This document shows, in pieces, positions 60,248 to 64,000 of a stretch of DNA of 64,000 bases; position 1 is the first letter of the stretch; each line of letters opens with the position of its first letter. The notes beneath the pieces were generated by a model. That model had not been told where the DNA came from. It saw nothing but the letters and a program-made list of their open reading frames with translations, and ran no database searches. Source of the stretch: Eledone cirrhosa. Lineage: Eukaryota. The position numbers and the translations under genes were made by a program. Location of the stretch: NCBI GenBank assembly GCA_964016885.1, contig OZ024741.1:117118001-117182000 (forward strand), given 5' to 3'.

Positions 60248-60715
60248 ACATACATACATGATGGTTACAAACTCTGCTCAAAGTATTGCAAACGCTTGTC
60301 AGATTCAGATATGTGACGCTCGGATATGGCTTTTCAAGCCTACTATAGACTTGCACTCCTTCCTCTGGTTTTGCACTCCTGGACTCAGGTCTTGCATCAG
60401 GTTGCCTGTGAACCCTTACAAAACCGTGGAGATAATAGTTCACTGGTTCTCTTTGAACATGGCTGCGACTGTAGCTCCTGAAACCAGATTTTCTCAAGCA
60501 AATCTTTCCACACTCAAGGCACACCAATTCAATGGAGACACCGATCCTTTTGAAAAATACTTCAGGGCATTGCTTATGCATATACCGTTTGATCTTCTCG
60601 TGCTCTATGCGTCTGTCCTCAAAATTATGGACCCCATAATTCACCATTCCCCGCCAAGTTTCTTTCAAGAGCTTCTATCTCCCAGTCAGTCACCATTAAA
60701 CCAGTTTTTTCAATG
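60248..60715 (-). mobile_element. RTE-clade 3' end with C2H2-like motif
   Basis: WRGMV..GVHNFEDRR...CLECGKIC..KSG..S..RSH and an (ATGT)n tail. A similar 3' end lies at ~61490-61652 (+). Confidence 0.65.
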
Positions 60716-61259
60716 AGTCCTTTACACAATCTCATGGTCGGGTCGTCGGCTAAACCGGCAACCCCACCAAGCTTGCTTGGTGGGGTTGCCGGTTTAGCCG
60801 ACGGACACCCTGCGGGATGAACACCCTGCGATTTGGACACCCTGCGGAATTAATTACAAGACCCGGCAAAGGGCGGTGGAACTCAGCAGAGTCAAAGGCC
60901 ATCCAAATAGTACATACATACATATACGCATATATACATACAGACATGAATACATATATAATCATATATATATATATACCTGTGTGTATGTAAAGGTATA
61001 TATGTCCGTGTGTGTGTGTCTGCTTGTAGGTATATGTACTTATATATCTGTGCATGGATGTGGGTGGAAGTGGGAGCTACTAGTTAAAGAAATGGACAGA
61101 AATAGAGATGACAAAATGAGGCATAAGCTTCATGTCCGTGACTTCCTGTATCAATATTGTAGCGAACTCTATCGAACTTTCCATAAACTATCGATTATCC
61201 TGCACTTGCAACCGAGCAGAAAACGAAACAAAGAAGATACATAGACATGTTATTCTTTA

Positions 61260-61290
<31 letters not shown>

Positions 61291-63084
61291 TGTATGTATG
61301 TATGTATGTATGTATGTATGTATGACTTGTTCTTCTTTTTGGTAAACATCATCTTGGTTAAGAGAGTGGGACTGGCTTTGTGCAGTGCCTTGTGCTCACT
61401 ATAAAAGCGTCACGGCACAGGCATTGCTTTATATCTGGAGATCTCTCTGCACTTGTCGTCACATGGTACCATGGGCCCAGCACTATGTGTCAATAATTGT
61501 CACAAGTGTAGTGTTTGTACCAGAGTTTTCAAGTCGCTGGCTGGACTAAAAAGTCACACTCGTTCAGCGCATCGGTAGGGTTTCTCCTACATGGATATAA
61601 AGTAGTGGCCGTACTCGAAAATGAGTTGGCAGCAACCATGTATGTATGTATGTCGGGTATCCCTTGAGTGCTACTGGTAACATGTAACCCAGTACAACCT
61701 GTCGTATGGTCGGGTCGTCGGAGACTAAACCGGCAACCCCACCAAGTTTACTTGGTGAGGAAGGTGATTTTGGACACCCTGCAGGACAAAAAACAAACCC
61801 GTTAAAGGGCAGAAGAACTCATAAGAGTCAACGGCCATCCAAAAGTGTGTAAATATGTATATACACATGTACCGCGCGGTTAAACCACTGGGAGTGAAGG
61901 ACCCTAACCTTTGTCAAGGCATTCTTCTAGAAGTCAACTGGGTTAACTCCGACATAAAACCTGCGGCTCAGTAATTACCGATGATGTTGATCTTTTCTTC
62001 TTTTCAGGTTATAGCTACTGTCGCTCAGAGAGTGGGATTGGCTCAATGGACAGCCTTTCCTCACTTTAAAAAATATCTTTACGCACAGGCATTGCACGAT
62101 AGAATTAATTAATAATTATTAATAATGGTATATCGTGCAATGGCTATACTCGATAACGAGGGGGCAGCCATCATGTAAGTATGTTTGTATGTATGTGCAT
62201 GTGTGTACAAATGTATGTAAGCATGCATGTATGTTTGTATGTTTATTTGCATGTATGTATTTATGTATGTGTGTATAAATGTATGTATATATATCTGAAT
62301 TTATGTATGTATGTATGTATGTATGTATGTATGTATGTATGTATGTATGCATGCATGTATGTATGTGTGTGTGTATGTATGTATGTACTAAGACATCTCT
62401 CTAGGAGAAAGTCACACTGATATAAAACCTTCGACTTCGTTTGCATCCAATGATGTAAACCAGCTCTTCTTTTTGGGTAAATGCATTCGATATTCAGAGA
62501 GTGTGATTGGCCCCGTAAAAAACCTTTCCTCAATTAAAAAAAGCTTCAAGCACAGGCATCGATTGATATGTGACATTTTTTGCAATGCATGGTATTGCTA
62601 GCCATAGGTAAGTCCCTTCCAGAACCAAAAAGGCACGTCTGTGATGTTCATAGTTAAGTATCAAGCGATGGTATAACGCGAAATCGAGTTGCAGCCATCA
62701 TCATGTATGTATGCATGCGGGTATGTATATATGTATGTGTGAATGTGTATGTGTATACACACATACACGCAAAGTTAACTGAAGAGAGATTGCCAGCCAA
62801 TAGTATATTTAAGCTCAATGTGTTTGAATCATTAGAGATAGAAATATAGAAAAATGTCATTTAAGAGCAGAAGAAAAGGTGACATATACAACACAGGGCA
62901 TACACTACACATTCAGACGATATGTAAACGTTCTTGAAACATTTAATGTCTTATATTTGTTTCAATGCATCACTTGCGAAAATACAAAGCCAGGATAAGA
63001 ATAATAAAAAAAAAATAAAATAAGAAAAATATATTGAACCTAACAATTATGATTCAGAAGCATATTGATAGCTTTCACTGTAGC

Positions 63085-63495
63085 CTTTAATCAAGAGCTT
63101 TGTGCTGCCGACAGTGCTTTACGCGAGCGAAACCTGGAAGAGCACGGAAAAGATAGAGAGAGGGCAGAACGCTTTCCACCAGCGGTGCCTGCGAATGATC
63201 CTTTGTGTGTCCTGGCGCGACCGAGTGCGAAACGGTTGTGGACTCTACAGAGAATGGTCACCGGTGCCGCCTGGCTGGCCATATTCTGCGCCTGCCCGAC
63301 GAACGACACTCGAAAACAGCGATGAACTGGACGGCACCTGGCGGCAAACGGGGGCGGGTTGCCCCAGGATCATCTGGCGACGAACGTTCTGAAAAGACCT
63401 CATTTCGAACGGACGTGAAAAAACTGCCACTGATCATGACAGTTGGCGACTACTAACTGCACGATTCGCCGAATGGCGCGGAAGAACCTAAGACT
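63085..63495 (+). pseudogene. RTE-like LINE C-terminal fragment
   Basis: LPTVLYASETW...AFHQRCLRMIL.VSWRDRVRN, RLAGHILR. Confidence 0.75.
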
Positions 63496-63519
63496 AAGAT
63501 ATATATATATATATTGGAA

Positions 63520-64000
63520 AATGCTTCTAATCCCACTTGTAGACTACTGAACCCGGCGCGTACAAAGATGGGGCAAATTAGTAAAGCTATACTTAGGAAT
63601 ATAGTTAAGACTATTAGAACTAAGTCCAACCTGTCCCAATGGGAGAACAGTGAGTCTTTCGTTAAGTGGTTCAACTCTTTCAGCTCCAAAAAATCAAAAT
63701 TCACTCAATTCGACATTGTGGATTTTTATCCGTCGATCTCGGCGACCCTGTTGAACAAAGCGTTGGATTTTGCTACAACTTACACCGTCGTCCATGATTT
63801 AGACAGGGAGATCATTGCACATTGACGGAAAACTCTCTTCTTCAACAACGGAGTAGCCTGGACAAAGAAATCAACTACTTCAGAACTATTCGACGTATCA
63901 ATGAGATCATTCTATAGTGCTGATATATGTTACTTGGATGGCTTATATATTTTAGATACGTTGCGAACTAGATTCCCGGACCTCCACACGGGCTTATACC
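63520..64000 (+). pseudogene. Penelope-like (Naiad-type) RT fragment, same family as 25876-27213, running off the window
   Basis: NPTCRLLNP...QWENS...KFTQFDIVDFYPSIS. In-frame TGA at 63823-63825. Confidence 0.88.

Overview
AT-rich, repeat-dominated eukaryotic DNA with no recognisable host gene. The SINE types and massive (TA)n/(CA)n tracts suggest a cephalopod (Octopus-like) genome; this is an inference. The window holds non-LTR retrotransposons: an intact Tx1/L1-clade ORF2 plus a truncated sister copy in (TAGG)n, a degenerate near-full Tx1, an R4/Dong RT-RLE ORF in (TAA)n, and CRE, CR1 and RTE fragments. It also holds three Penelope-like (Naiad-type) RT/GIY-YIG remnants, two head-to-tail non-autonomous Helitrons, tRNA-derived SINEs and a mariner fragment. 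The main signal lies in the non-coding islands between (TA)n tracts. About 21 type I hammerhead ribozyme (HHR) motifs can be folded by eye. They include a near-identical 5 x 628-bp tandem array with one canonical HHR per unit (a large retrozyme-like element), a 534-nt-period element with a covarying relative, and two U3:A8 core variants. Many elements of different families end just upstream of a shared (A/G)CTC...GAG stem-loop, which may be a cis-signal for Penelope RT. All folds and alignments were done by eye.
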